Notes: generated by a model from the letters alone, not told the origin. A stretch of 64,000 nucleotides of DNA from an uncultured cyanobacterium (GCA_963793265.1 CAWBZI010000001.1:1184001-1248000), one strand, 5' to 3'. Positions 1 to 10,273 are shown, numbered from the stretch's first letter. Program-made: numbers and translations.

Positions 1-172
1 TTCGGACTGTTGCTAAATAGCCATTATCGGTATGAATTCATACGTGATACTTAGAAAACACTATGTACTAGCGGTAAAGATTGTGACACGGCCAACAGGT
101 AGCTAAGGTTATATAATTGAGCGCTGATATGTCTTAGCGTATTCGGCACTCATACACCTTAGATGCGAGCTG

Positions 173-1180
173 ATGATCAAACATAACGTAATAGATAAAG
201 GCGTTAGGCCCACTAGCTGCTACCAGCAAAGAATTATCTACAGCGCTAGGGTTTTCGGCATTACGCTGCGCTTAGCCGGAGGCATACTGCTATTAAGCCA
301 GGTGGTTAAAGCGGTCATGTCTATTATGGATGGCGGCGGGATTAGCTTTAGCGTTGCCAGTGCCGCCCTATTTGCTATTCTCCTTTTGATCGTCAGCAGT
401 CGGGCTGTCTTAGAAAAAGCGATCGCGCAATTTGCCACTCGACTACGCCGCACCAGCTTTGCCATTTACCTTTATCTATTTCCGTTTTTGCTCACCGCGT
501 TCATTTTATGGATAAAGTTTAGGGTGGGGTATGAGAGCGATCGCTGGCGATATTTGAGTAGCGAAGGTGGACTCTCTGAGTACGGTACGGCGCTGGCCTA
601 TCTACTCGTGCCTCTCTTTGCCTATCCCGTTTATAAACAGTTTTGGCGGCAAGGCAGGAAGCTCATGGGAGCCTTATATCTCCTATTCGCCGCTGGCGCA
701 TTCTTTGTCGGGATGGAAGAAATTAGCTGGGGCCAAAGAATACTGGGCTTTCAAGAACCTGAGTTTTGGACAAAGCATAACGTTCAGTCAGAATTCACGT
801 TCCACAACTTTGCCTTCTATCAAAACCATCTTCTAAGCCTGAGCTTTCTGGTAGCTGGCTTTGTCGGCTCGTTCTGTTGGATTGTTCTGCGCTACTGGCA
901 GAAGCAAAGAACACCATCACAACAGCCCGCGCTAGATCTCAACTATCTTTTGCCTGACTGGCCGGTATCGTCGTTTTTCTATCCTATATTTCTGTTTTAT
1001 CTAATCATTGACTATACGGCGTTTAGCGATCGCATCCAATTCTTCAACAGCTTCGACCAAGAACACTGGGAACTGGTCATGGGCTTGGGGGTACTGCTAT
1101 TTGCCGTCATCAGTTTCTTTCGTCAGGGTAGAGAGTACGACGCGCTAAACCGTAGTGAAGTCGAGCCCCCATCTTTTTAA
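173..1180 (+). CDS. Conserved hypothetical multi-pass membrane protein (EEISWGQR-motif family)
   Basis: 335-aa ORF with several hydrophobic segments and an EEISWGQR...N.Q.E...HN motif; start codon uncertain. Confidence 0.75.
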   Translation: MIKHNVIDKGVRPTSCYQQRIIYSARVFGITLRLAGGILLLSQVVKAVMSIMDGGGISFSVASAALFAILLLIVSSRAVLEKAIAQFATRLRRTSFAIYLYLFPFLLTAFILWIKFRVGYESDRWRYLSSEGGLSEYGTALAYLLVPLFAYPVYKQFWRQGRKLMGALYLLFAAGAFFVGMEEISWGQRILGFQEPEFWTKHNVQSEFTFHNFAFYQNHLLSLSFLVAGFVGSFCWIVLRYWQKQRTPSQQPALDLNYLLPDWPVSSFFYPIFLFYLIIDYTAFSDRIQFFNSFDQEHWELVMGLGVLLFAVISFFRQGREYDALNRSEVEPPSF

Positions 1181-1225
1181 AACTTCTACTACTCTATATA
1201 GAAGCCCCTAATAGCCTTACCCACC

Positions 1226-2458
1226 GTGCCAACTTCCTCAAAGCAATATACCGCCCGCTGGATGAATCGCCTTGCAGACATTCCATCTGAGCAATGGGAT
1301 GCTATGGCCATGCCTTTACCGACGCCCGCACTAGAGTGGGCCTGGCTCAATAATATGGAAACCTCCGGCAGCACCGGGCCTAAAACGGGCTGGATGCCGA
1401 ACCATTTGACCCTGTGGCACGATGACAGGCTAGTTGCCGCTGCGCCGCTGTATTTGAAAGGGCATAGCTACGGTGAGTTTGTATTCGATCATCAGTGGGC
1501 CGAGCTAGCCGAACGGTTGGGCGTATCCTACTATCCAAAGCTGCTGGGCATGTCGCCTTTTACGCCCGCAGAAGGCTATCGATTTTTGATTGCGCCGACT
1601 GAAGATGAGGCCGAAGTGAGCGCCTTGCTGGTGGGCCTGATTGATGATTTTTGCATTAAGCACGACATTTCGGGCTGCAATTTTTTGTACGTCGATCCTG
1701 AGTGGCAGACGGGCATGGAGGCGTTGGGCTTCAATAAATGGCTGCACCATAGCTACGTGTGGAAAAATCGTGGCTTCAATGACTTTAATGATTATCTAGC
1801 GCAGTTCAATGCGAATCAGCGCCGCAATATTAAGCGCGAGCGTAAGTCTGTAGAGAAGGCAGGCATTCACTTTAAAGTGCATACGGGCGAGAGTCTTACG
1901 CCTGAAATGTGTTTGAAAGTGTATGACTTTTATAGTGATACCTGTGACAAGTTTGGCTGGTGGGGCAGTAAGTACCTTAAGCGTCAGTTCTTTAAGCAGC
2001 TACATCCGGTTTGGAATGATACTCCTTCGGAGTGGCCAGGCCAACGCGTAGTCATTTTCGCCGCCTACACCGAAGACTCTCCCGATCCTGTGGGCATGTC
2101 TTTTTGTTTGACTAAAGGCGATCGCCTCTATGGTCGCTATTGGGGCTCATTTGAGGAATACAACAATCTGCACTTTAGCGCCTGCTATTACGAACCGATT
2201 GAGTGGGCGATCGCGAACGGCATCCAAACCTTTGATCCTGGCGCGGGCGGTCGTCACAAACGCCGTCGCGGCTTTCCGGCCACACCCAACTACAGCCTGC
2301 ACCGATTCTATGCTCGCGACCTTGGCGGCATTCTAGAAAACTACATTGGCCGTATCAACGAAGCCGAACAGTTTCAGATAGACGAAATTAACGCAGACTT
2401 ACCGATTAAGGACTTGCAGGCTGAAGTTCCTTTGATAGAACGAACTAAAAGTCGATAG
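1226..2458 (+). CDS. GNAT/FemAB-like protein (DUF482, peptidoglycan biosynthesis/recognition family)
   Basis: Motifs PLYLKGHSYGEFVFDHQWA, LYGRYWG, LHFSACYY and FDPGAGGRHK. Confidence 0.9.
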   Translation: MPTSSKQYTARWMNRLADIPSEQWDAMAMPLPTPALEWAWLNNMETSGSTGPKTGWMPNHLTLWHDDRLVAAAPLYLKGHSYGEFVFDHQWAELAERLGVSYYPKLLGMSPFTPAEGYRFLIAPTEDEAEVSALLVGLIDDFCIKHDISGCNFLYVDPEWQTGMEALGFNKWLHHSYVWKNRGFNDFNDYLAQFNANQRRNIKRERKSVEKAGIHFKVHTGESLTPEMCLKVYDFYSDTCDKFGWWGSKYLKRQFFKQLHPVWNDTPSEWPGQRVVIFAAYTEDSPDPVGMSFCLTKGDRLYGRYWGSFEEYNNLHFSACYYEPIEWAIANGIQTFDPGAGGRHKRRRGFPATPNYSLHRFYARDLGGILENYIGRINEAEQFQIDEINADLPIKDLQAEVPLIERTKSR

Positions 2459-2837
2459 AAGCAGTAGAACGCTGTAGCCAAAGTGCCAAGTCCTCTTGAG
2501 AATAGACGCCAGTTGCGACAGATAATACGACTGATACTTCCTCGGCTTCTGTAGAAGTCATTTCATATCCGTTGAGATAAAGGAACGCGGCCATTGCAGC
2601 AAGGCCCACTCTTTTGTTGCCATCTATAAAGACGTGGTTTTGAATAAAGCCATAGCCATAGGCCGCTGCTAGATCCCAAATATTTGAGCCTGGGACATAG
2701 TTGAGAAGCGTTTGAGCTTTAAGTAAAGTTGACTCTAACAGTCCTTCTTCTCGAATACCCGAGGTACCGCCATGTTCCGAAATCTGTTGCTGGTGTAACG
2801 CAACAACACCTCGCTTGGTTAAAAAGCGGTAGCTCAC
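2445..2837 (-). CDS. Type II toxin, death-on-curing (Doc/Fic) family
   Basis: HVFIDGNKR Doc-type Fic motif; 130 aa; 4-nt overlap with the upstream antitoxin. Confidence 0.92.
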   Translation of the reverse strand: MSYRFLTKRGVVALHQQQISEHGGTSGIREEGLLESTLLKAQTLLNYVPGSNIWDLAAAYGYGFIQNHVFIDGNKRVGLAAMAAFLYLNGYEMTSTEAEEVSVVLSVATGVYSQEDLALWLQRSTASIDF

Positions 2838-3067
2838 TGTGCCAGCGCTCTTAAAGCATTGCGATGCTTGCGAGCTACGTGGCGATAAGCCTCCATTTCT
2901 GCGGTAAATTCCGGATCGTAGGGTGTCAGCTCAAAGCCTTGTTCCGTTTTAGTAAGATAAAGCTCATCACCCTCTTTCACATTTAGCTGATCTAGTAATT
3001 CTTTGGGAAACGTGACGCCTAAAGAATTACCAACCTTGCGAATTTTAATGCCACCCATTCTTTTCAC
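2834..3067 (-). CDS. AbrB/MazE-family antitoxin
   Basis: KIRKVGNSLGVTFPKE...LNVKEGDEL AbrB fold; coupled to doc; start could be the ATG at 3058. Confidence 0.9.
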   Translation of the reverse strand: MKRMGGIKIRKVGNSLGVTFPKELLDQLNVKEGDELYLTKTEQGFELTPYDPEFTAEMEAYRHVARKHRNALRALAQ

Positions 3068-3073
3068 TGTGAA

Positions 3074-3093
3074 GTTATTACTTTAGTTATAAC
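3074..3093. promoter_or_regulatory. Probable autoregulatory operator of the AbrB/Doc TA module
   Basis: GTTATTAC-TTTA-GTTATAAC: two palindromic or near-palindromic 8-mers immediately upstream of the antitoxin start. Confidence 0.55.
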
Positions 3094-3131
3094 ATGCAAG
3101 TAAACAGCAGCGTGACTATCTTTAATCTCTT

Positions 3132-4400
3132 TTACTCATCACTAGGCTGAACCTCCGTAGCAATCATTGTCCTAGTTCCAGCAATCTGTCCAATAATCTC
3201 TTTAAGATCCATTCCCGTTGCCTGATTCACCTGCTCCAAAAATGAAGCCAGCTTAGTCACCTGCGTACCTTTCTCTGCATCAATCACCGTCACATTCTCC
3301 ACTGCAATCTTAGGAATGCTCGTCGCCATCATCTGCATCAGCACCTCTATTTTCTGATAAAGGAACACATCATGAGCATCATCGCCCGCCGCCTGCCACG
3401 CTTCGCCTAATCGCTGCAATCCCAGCACCTGAGCTTTGCCCGCTTCAATAATGCTCGCCGCTTCGCCTTTTGCGGATGCGATCGCCCGTTGCCTCTCCGC
3501 CTCAGCCGGGGCCACCACATCTGCCTGCAATCGCTGCTCCGTCTCCACCACGCGCGCCTTTTCCACCTTAATTTCAGCAGTTGCCTCAGCCACCTGCACC
3601 GCCGCCACCGACTCCACCTCTGTCACCAAAGCCGTCCGCTTCGTCAGGGCATCACGCACCCCTTTTACCGCGTCCATCTTGGCCACTTCTTCGTCACGCA
3701 TTAGCTCTCGCAACACCGTCACGCGCTTATTTGCAGAATCTTGAATAATCGACTCCGCCCTAGCTTGAGCCTCAGCAATTCGAGCATCGCGAATCAGCTC
3801 GGCCTGCTGCTTACGCCCAATACTATCGAGATAGCTCACGTCATCCGAAATCGTCTGAATCTGCAAGCTATCAAGCATCAGCCCCAGCCGCTGCAAATCT
3901 TCTTCAGCCTCTTCAAGCAAGCTCCGAGCAAACGCAATTTGATCGCCATTGGCTTCTTCCGGCGTCAAAATTGCCAGCACGCCGCGTAAGTTACCCTCCA
4001 AAGTCTCTTTCGCCAGCTTCTCTATTTGCTTGCGGCTTTTACCCAACAGCCGCTCAATCGCATTGTGAATTGTCGGCTCCTCACCTGCGACTTTAATGTT
4101 CGCCACCCCCGTTACCGTTAGCGGAATGCCGCCCTTGCTATAGGCTCCCACCACTTTAAGATCGATGATCATATTGGTGAGATCCATCCGAAAGGTTCTC
4201 TCTAAAAAAGGTATTTGAATGCTGCTGCCGCCTTTGACCAGTCGGTAGCCGACCTTCTTATCTTGAGGCAGATGAGTGGGCGTACCTGCAAAAATCAGTA
4301 CTTCTGACGGCTGGCAGATGTAGTAGAGGTTGCGGATGACTAGCCAGGCGCTGCTAGAGCCTAGAAAAGCTGCGCCGAATAAAAAAGCTAAGGTTCCCAT
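3132..4400 (-). CDS. Flotillin/SPFH domain protein
   Basis: N-terminal TM, SPFH core (AYSKGGIPL, ETLEGNLRGVLA) and Ala/Glu-rich coiled coil. Confidence 0.92.
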   Translation of the reverse strand: MGTLAFLFGAAFLGSSSAWLVIRNLYYICQPSEVLIFAGTPTHLPQDKKVGYRLVKGGSSIQIPFLERTFRMDLTNMIIDLKVVGAYSKGGIPLTVTGVANIKVAGEEPTIHNAIERLLGKSRKQIEKLAKETLEGNLRGVLAILTPEEANGDQIAFARSLLEEAEEDLQRLGLMLDSLQIQTISDDVSYLDSIGRKQQAELIRDARIAEAQARAESIIQDSANKRVTVLRELMRDEEVAKMDAVKGVRDALTKRTALVTEVESVAAVQVAEATAEIKVEKARVVETEQRLQADVVAPAEAERQRAIASAKGEAASIIEAGKAQVLGLQRLGEAWQAAGDDAHDVFLYQKIEVLMQMMATSIPKIAVENVTVIDAEKGTQVTKLASFLEQVNQATGMDLKEIIGQIAGTRTMIATEVQPSDE

Positions 4401-4438
4401 AATTTCTCTCTTTTAGGTAAAGTATTCGATCTTTTGCG

Positions 4439-5839
4439 CTATTTCAAGCTCAAAGAATTTGTCTTTGGATTAGCGACTGAAACAGGCTGTAGCGCACTCG
4501 CCACGTTGATACCCAAAGTCTCTTCAGACGCTTCTAAGAACTGTTTCATCACTCGCAGATAAATGCCTACTACGCTAGAAACCGCCTCGCCATCGCCGTT
4601 ATCAATGATATTTATATGCTGGAGATCAAGCCTTTCAGGCACCTTGATCGCCTCGCGCAGCACCGTCTCAAACTGTTGAATCACAAACATCTGTGAGGCA
4701 TCTGCACCAATCTCTTGCCACACCTTTGTCAGCAGCTCATTCACATAAGCCTCAGCCTGCACATTCTCAGCTAGGCTAGCGGCCTCACCTTCAGCCTGAA
4801 GCACCTTTGCCTGAAGGCTCGCCTCAGCCGGTAAAATCTGCTCGGCTTGCAGACGGTGCCGTTCTCGCTCAGTTCGCAGCGCCTGCAATTCTTGCTCAGC
4901 GATCGCCTTCCTCTCCTTAGCTGCTGCAACCGTAATTGCCTGCTCAGTTCGCACCTGTTTAGACAGCTTCGCCTTAATCTCACGCAGCCCGTTTTCACGC
5001 TCTACAATCGCCACATTGTCCTGCGTTTGCGCCACGCGCCCCTGCTCCTCACACTGCGCTTCGATTTGTTTAGCCGCCGCGATCGCATCACTTTCTGCAA
5101 TTTCAGCATCGCGAATAATCATCGCAATCCGCTGCCGACCCAAAGACTTCAGGTAGTCCACATCATCCGAGACATTTTGAATCTTCAGAATATCAAGCTG
5201 CAAGCCAAGCTTAGAGAGATCGCTACTTACCCCCGAAGCAATTCGCTCAGCAAACTTCAGCCGGTCTTCGTTCACCTGTTCAGGCGTCATCGTTGCCACT
5301 ACCCCGCGCAAATTCCCCTCAAGGGTTTCTCTAGCGACGCGCACAATTTCAGCCGGTTTATGGTCTAAAAAGCGTTCGATGGCATTGCCAACAACATGGG
5401 TGTCGCTAGAAATTTTAATGTTTGCGATCGCCTGCAAATGCAGCGGAATCCCGCCCTTAGAATACGCGTTATGCACCTCTACCGGCACTGGCATTGTGGT
5501 CACGTCCATACGCTTCACCGTCTCCACGATTGGAATTCTGAACGCTCGTCCGCCCGTCAAAATCCGAAAGCCCACATCCTGACCATTCTTATTCTTCCAC
5601 TTACGTCCTGAGAGAATGACAACCTCGTTCGGATTAGCCACCACTAAAAAAGAACGTAAGAACCACGATCCCAAAACCGCTGCTACGATGCCCAGAGGAA
5701 TCAGGGTCAAGCCACCTAGTTCAGAAGCGTCGTCAAAGGAGGGATTAACCGGGCGGTCTGGGGCTGAAGATTCTGTTTCAACCGCTTGAGTAGTAAGCTG
5801 AGATTGAGAAATATTGTTCAAATTGAAGAAGGGCTTCAT
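4439..5839 (-). CDS. Flotillin/SPFH domain protein (paralog)
   Basis: Same SPFH motifs (AYSKGGIPL, ETLEGNLRGVVA, YLKSLGR) and coiled coil. Confidence 0.92.
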   Translation of the reverse strand: MKPFFNLNNISQSQLTTQAVETESSAPDRPVNPSFDDASELGGLTLIPLGIVAAVLGSWFLRSFLVVANPNEVVILSGRKWKNKNGQDVGFRILTGGRAFRIPIVETVKRMDVTTMPVPVEVHNAYSKGGIPLHLQAIANIKISSDTHVVGNAIERFLDHKPAEIVRVARETLEGNLRGVVATMTPEQVNEDRLKFAERIASGVSSDLSKLGLQLDILKIQNVSDDVDYLKSLGRQRIAMIIRDAEIAESDAIAAAKQIEAQCEEQGRVAQTQDNVAIVERENGLREIKAKLSKQVRTEQAITVAAAKERKAIAEQELQALRTERERHRLQAEQILPAEASLQAKVLQAEGEAASLAENVQAEAYVNELLTKVWQEIGADASQMFVIQQFETVLREAIKVPERLDLQHINIIDNGDGEAVSSVVGIYLRVMKQFLEASEETLGINVASALQPVSVANPKTNSLSLK

Positions 5840-5888
5840 GAATCTCGCTCCTGATTAAGTTTAGAGAAAAAACGACAATGATAAGAAG

Positions 5889-6272
5889 CTAGCTATCGTC
5901 AAGCACTTCGCCCGGTACAACCCAAGCGTGTGAATCAACAACTTGAATGACTAAGACGCGATCGCCCTGAGAAAACACGTTAGGATAGTCAGTAACAGTC
6001 AAAATCTCTTGGGTCGAGCTATAGTGATAGACTGTCGCTTTTCCTTTTGAGCGGTAGTCGAAAGGGACTTGAACCGTACCGACATGACCTGCTAGCAGAT
6101 GATCGTGAGTGAGGCTGCTTGCCAAAATCTTTTTACGACCAACGAACAAACCTAGAACAAACAGTCCGCCGCATAAAAAACCAATGCTTACAGCAATAAC
6201 AGCGACTAAGATCAACAGATTGCTTTGAATAAGACGCCCTCGCTGCTTTACTGCACACAGGTATGTAGACAA
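5889..6272 (-). CDS. NfeD-like membrane protein (C-terminal OB fold)
   Basis: One TM followed by GHVGTVQVPF..GK...GDRVLVI; directly upstream of two flotillins; start uncertain. Confidence 0.7.
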   Translation of the reverse strand: MSTYLCAVKQRGRLIQSNLLILVAVIAVSIGFLCGGLFVLGLFVGRKKILASSLTHDHLLAGHVGTVQVPFDYRSKGKATVYHYSSTQEILTVTDYPNVFSQGDRVLVIQVVDSHAWVVPGEVLDDS

Positions 6273-6482
6273 GAGGCGATCACGCCGACCAAAAGTTTAC
6301 AAAAGTACGCATAGTCAAAACAGATGTCGTTTTAGCGCGTTTGCATACCAGGCTAGGTCTATCTATTTTGTGCAATGAATCCATTCGTCAATTGAAAGAA
6401 GCGTATTGCGCTATACCGTCGATAGCGCGATAAAATAGTCAACCACTACTGCCGTTCATAACAAAAAAAGTCCTGAAGTACG

Positions 6483-6896
6483 ATGGTGATCGCAACCCCA
6501 CCCGCAGCAGATAAAACGAAAAAAGAAACCCTCGCCGCCCTCGACGACAAACTCTCGAAGCGCTTCATCGAGCTAGATCCTGATGGCTATTTTCTCATCT
6601 ATATCGACCGCGACGCCGAGCTATTGTGCGCCAAACACTTTAGCAACACCATCAACGAGAAAGGGCTGGCCTGCGATCCTGAAACCGGCAAGCCTTTATC
6701 CGTACGCGGCGGCAATGTGCGCAAAGCAGAACAGCTCTTCACCGGACGAACCGCCAAAGAGCTGTGTATGAAAATATTTGAAGACAAAGAAAATCCCTGC
6801 CCAATTAGCTATTTAGACCACGCCGCCTACTTAGGTCGCGAATTTGTCCGCGCCGAAATCGCTTTAATCCAGGGTGCGGAATACGTACAGGATTGA
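6483..6896 (+). CDS. DUF4346 domain protein
   Basis: LSKRFIELDPDGYFLIY, GRTAKEL and LDHAAYLGRE...YVQD motifs. Confidence 0.88.
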   Translation: MVIATPPAADKTKKETLAALDDKLSKRFIELDPDGYFLIYIDRDAELLCAKHFSNTINEKGLACDPETGKPLSVRGGNVRKAEQLFTGRTAKELCMKIFEDKENPCPISYLDHAAYLGREFVRAEIALIQGAEYVQD

Positions 6897-7069
6897 GCAG
6901 GAAAGCGATAGACAGGCAAACGCCGAAAGGTAAAGTAGGCCGCTGATGAGCATAAGAACTGACTCGGAAGAACTTGAGATTAGGTAGAACCTACAGGTAA
7001 ACCGGATCAGCTAACCTGCAAACGGGAAATCGCATCATCATTTCACAGTTGACGAAACTAGGCAGGGTA

Positions 7070-7113
7070 TTAGCTTCATACTTCAAGACTCTACCTTTAA
7101 AATATGAAGCTAA
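7070..7113. terminator. Inverted repeat between convergent genes (possible bidirectional terminator)
   Basis: TTAGCTTCATA (7070-7080) pairs with TATGAAGCTAA (7103-7113). Confidence 0.5.
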
Positions 7114-7117
7114 AGGT

Positions 7118-10100
7118 TTAGCCCAAGCCGGTTGCGATCGCCTGCACCTGCTCGCTCGTCAGCGCCTGATTAAAAATCTGCACCTCATCCATCGAGCCCA
7201 CTAATCCCTGCGAGCCTTTTCCAATGCCATCGCGAAAGCGAGTTGCCCCGGCAATATTGCCCAAAGCAATGCGATCGCCGTGCCCCCAAAGCTGAGAGCC
7301 CTCGCCGCTACCGATCTTCTCACCGTCCAAATAAGCCGTGAGCGCGTTAGGTTGCAGCGTGCTTCCCCCGTCTAACACCACCGCAACGTGGTGCCAGTCG
7401 CCCGCCGTCACACCATCAGCGGCTATCCAGGTGCCGTTCCAACCGCTCTCTGAATCCGGTCGATTCCAGCCGCCGACGTACAGCTTATCGTCATCTAAGT
7501 AGGCATTGAGCCCTCGCCCGGTGCCGCCTTCTTCATACAGCACTTGCTTGTTAGTATCAGCCGATAGCGCGTCAGCTTTGAACCATAAAGAGAGCGATCG
7601 CTGCGGGTGAATTCCCAAATTAATATCCCTAGAGTTCTTCAGCCGCACGCTGCCCGTCCCGTCCATCTTGAGCCCTTTCGACCCGTTGAGTCCATCCAAA
7701 TGAGCAACTCCATTCCACAGGTCGCCCGCATTATCTTGACCGCTCGTAGAGCTGTCTAGCGCAACGCCTTTGATAATCGACTCGAAGTCAAAGTCAGCAA
7801 TTGGCTCAGCGACATCAACAGGGTTAGGAACGGGTGTTTCTGGAACTGGCGTTTCTGGAACTGGCGTTTCTGGGACTTCTGGAACCTCTGGAACTTCTGG
7901 GACTGGCGGCGTAACTGGCGGAACAGGAACAATCGAATCTTGAGCAAGCTGAAACTCACTATCAGGAAGATTAAACGTAGTCGGCCCGCCCAAACTATTT
8001 GGATCTAGCTCACCTTTATACTCAGCGTCTTCGGCCCACCATTTCTCTTTAAAAGTGACGACAAATGGATACTTCTTAACCTCTCCGGTCACCCGATCCG
8101 AAATGTATTCGTTAATCACAGTGGCATAGGTGCCGTCAGCCAGCGTGTAGTAGCCCTTTCTCTCTAAGAGCGTTCTAATGCCCTGATAGTCAAAAGACAA
8201 ACTTTCATCACCCAGCGGCATCTCAACGGAGCCTAGTGAATCTGTCTTAGTCCCACGAATATCGACATACTTTCCTTGCTCGCTCCCTTCAACGAAAAAG
8301 TCAGCCTGATCGGAAACCTCAAACGTCAGTCTTCCGGGCGTTAGATCCGACTGCTTCAGCCATTCTTCAGGCGGAATATCTATCCCCTTAAGATCTGTAT
8401 TGTTGTTCTTTAGTTCCAGATCAATCCACACCAGCTCTCTATCAGCTAGCTCCGCAGGCCCTTGTCCTACATCCGGCTGAGCGGCAATCCCTTCATTGAA
8501 GCCATCTACCGTCATATTGTTGAATACAAAGTCTTGAACATTCTTCTGTAGCTCAAGACCCTGATTTTTCCATAGCGTAGGATTTTTACTACCAATCAAG
8601 TCAAAATTGTTCAATGTGTAGTGAGAGGTGTACTGAAACTTAGATCCCTTATCGACCTCCCACCCCTTAAAGCCATCCATGACGGTTCTTAAATCGTTCG
8701 TCTGCCGAGGAAAGTCTTTGATTACATGCAGCCCCGTACCCGAAGCAAACACCTCATTGTTCTTAAACCCCTGAATCGGCGGCTGATCGGTATTTACCGT
8801 CTCCCCATCAGGCAGCACCCGCCGCGCTAGCTCTGGCACCGGCAAATCATCAATATCAGCAGGCTTCAGATCAACTCCCCGATGAAAATAGAACATCCCC
8901 GCGTTACGACTGCCCGCCGCCACGTTGCTCTCATTTTCTACTAAGCGACCCTGAAACCAAAAGCCTACACCGGTTCTAGCAAAGTCGTGCGTCCCCGTGC
9001 CCTGCTTCTCAATCACATCATCAATGCCCGGCCCCGTTTTGATCGAAATGTTGTTGCGCATGGCCCCAGTTTCATTTCCGCTCTCAGTTACAAAAGCGCC
9101 GCCGTCCACATCGTAGGCAACATTGTTCTCTAAAATAGCGCTGCTGTCATGCACCACAAAGCCCCAGCCGGGCGAGCCATCGACCACATTGCCCACCATC
9201 ACCGCAGGCTCTCCTTCAGTACCGGAGCGGTGAATATGTGCAGAATAGCGACCGGCAATGTTTTTACGCGCACCAGGGACAGGATTACCCTGTCCGTCTA
9301 GCACCCGCTGAGGATAAGTGCCGCCTGTGTCTTTGAAGTCATCTAACGGCTTCGTTTTATCCGTACGGCCCAAGTCTCGAAACTCAGCGTAGCGAATGTC
9401 TACGTCGTCAGAGTGCATAAACATCGTGTGCCCGCGCTGGCTATTAGGCAAAGCGTCGCCGTTTTCGCTGGCAATCACAATGTTGCGGCTTTGATTGGCA
9501 ACATACGCCTTTAGGTCACCTCTGGGCGTTGTATGGTCAAACTTTAGGGCGCGATCTAGCGTGATGCGCTTGCCTTCAATGCCGGTGACGACAACTTCTT
9601 CGTCTTGAGTCAGCGAATCCCATTTTTGGCCCGCCCGCTCAGAAGGGTACTGCGTGCCAGTGAGAACAAGGCGATCGCCCACCTGCCAATTGACCGGGGC
9701 TGACTGTAGGGAAAGTGTGCGATCGCCCGCCATGGGATCAGCCGCCACCTTTACATGAGAGGTTTTCGCCTGCCCGAACATCTGCACATCGCCGTGAGAG
9801 ATCAGCCCTCTGCTGAGCTGCGTCGGATCCCAATTCAAATCAATTGGGCCATTATCTGCAATCAAGATCTCAGTGGTCACATTGGCCTTTACCGGATCGC
9901 CTTTTGTACCCACCGTCAGCCTACCTTCAGGCGAGACAACAAAAGTATCGATCACCATTTTGGTGTTTTTATCTGTTGCAAACTTAAGCTGACCGTCTAC
10001 ATCGAGGGTAAACAGACGCGCCTCGCTTTGCCCGTCGTAGTTTACGCTAACGCCCTTGCGAATCAATACCTTTGCATTATTACCAGGGACTTTTCCACCC

Positions 10101-10273
10101 TGCCAGGTTGTCGGATCAAACCAGGAGCCGCTTTTAGTAGCGACGTGAGTAGGCGTGCCCGCAGAAACAAGCGCCATTGCCGCGTTATGTTCGGCTTGCT
10201 TAACAGGGCTGTCGGCGTGGGCCTGCATTGCACTGTGAGGTGCAGTGCCTGATTGAGCTGTTGATGCTGCCAT
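7118..10273 (-). CDS. G8-domain / parallel beta-helix protein with Pro-Glu linker and C-terminal LamG-like domain (G8-A)
   Basis: SGSWFDPTTWQGGKVP G8 start; SRNIVI, GHTMFMH, GRYSAHIH and FVTESGNE motifs; WHHVAVV...YLDG...MDEVQIFN LamG. Confidence 0.85.
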   Translation of the reverse strand: MAASTAQSGTAPHSAMQAHADSPVKQAEHNAAMALVSAGTPTHVATKSGSWFDPTTWQGGKVPGNNAKVLIRKGVSVNYDGQSEARLFTLDVDGQLKFATDKNTKMVIDTFVVSPEGRLTVGTKGDPVKANVTTEILIADNGPIDLNWDPTQLSRGLISHGDVQMFGQAKTSHVKVAADPMAGDRTLSLQSAPVNWQVGDRLVLTGTQYPSERAGQKWDSLTQDEEVVVTGIEGKRITLDRALKFDHTTPRGDLKAYVANQSRNIVIASENGDALPNSQRGHTMFMHSDDVDIRYAEFRDLGRTDKTKPLDDFKDTGGTYPQRVLDGQGNPVPGARKNIAGRYSAHIHRSGTEGEPAVMVGNVVDGSPGWGFVVHDSSAILENNVAYDVDGGAFVTESGNETGAMRNNISIKTGPGIDDVIEKQGTGTHDFARTGVGFWFQGRLVENESNVAAGSRNAGMFYFHRGVDLKPADIDDLPVPELARRVLPDGETVNTDQPPIQGFKNNEVFASGTGLHVIKDFPRQTNDLRTVMDGFKGWEVDKGSKFQYTSHYTLNNFDLIGSKNPTLWKNQGLELQKNVQDFVFNNMTVDGFNEGIAAQPDVGQGPAELADRELVWIDLELKNNNTDLKGIDIPPEEWLKQSDLTPGRLTFEVSDQADFFVEGSEQGKYVDIRGTKTDSLGSVEMPLGDESLSFDYQGIRTLLERKGYYTLADGTYATVINEYISDRVTGEVKKYPFVVTFKEKWWAEDAEYKGELDPNSLGGPTTFNLPDSEFQLAQDSIVPVPPVTPPVPEVPEVPEVPETPVPETPVPETPVPNPVDVAEPIADFDFESIIKGVALDSSTSGQDNAGDLWNGVAHLDGLNGSKGLKMDGTGSVRLKNSRDINLGIHPQRSLSLWFKADALSADTNKQVLYEEGGTGRGLNAYLDDDKLYVGGWNRPDSESGWNGTWIAADGVTAGDWHHVAVVLDGGSTLQPNALTAYLDGEKIGSGEGSQLWGHGDRIALGNIAGATRFRDGIGKGSQGLVGSMDEVQIFNQALTSEQVQAIATGLG
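7827..7930 (-). repeat. Coding tandem repeats (9- and 15-bp units) encoding the PEV/PETPV linker of G8-A
   Basis: gtttctggaactggc repeated at 7836 and 7851, followed by 9-bp tctggaac-like units. Confidence 0.85.

Noticed and set aside
6403..6416. GTATTGCGCTATAC, an NtcA-like GTA-N8-TAC between divergent genes
   Set aside because: Six fixed bases occur by chance many times per 64 kb, and there is no correctly spaced -10 element
6910..7065. CTGATGAG and CGAAA words suggesting a hammerhead ribozyme, and GGCAAAC..GAAA suggesting a c-di-GMP-I riboswitch
   Set aside because: The required stems cannot be built at the right spacing, the GACGCAAA-type half is missing, and the region lies between convergent genes
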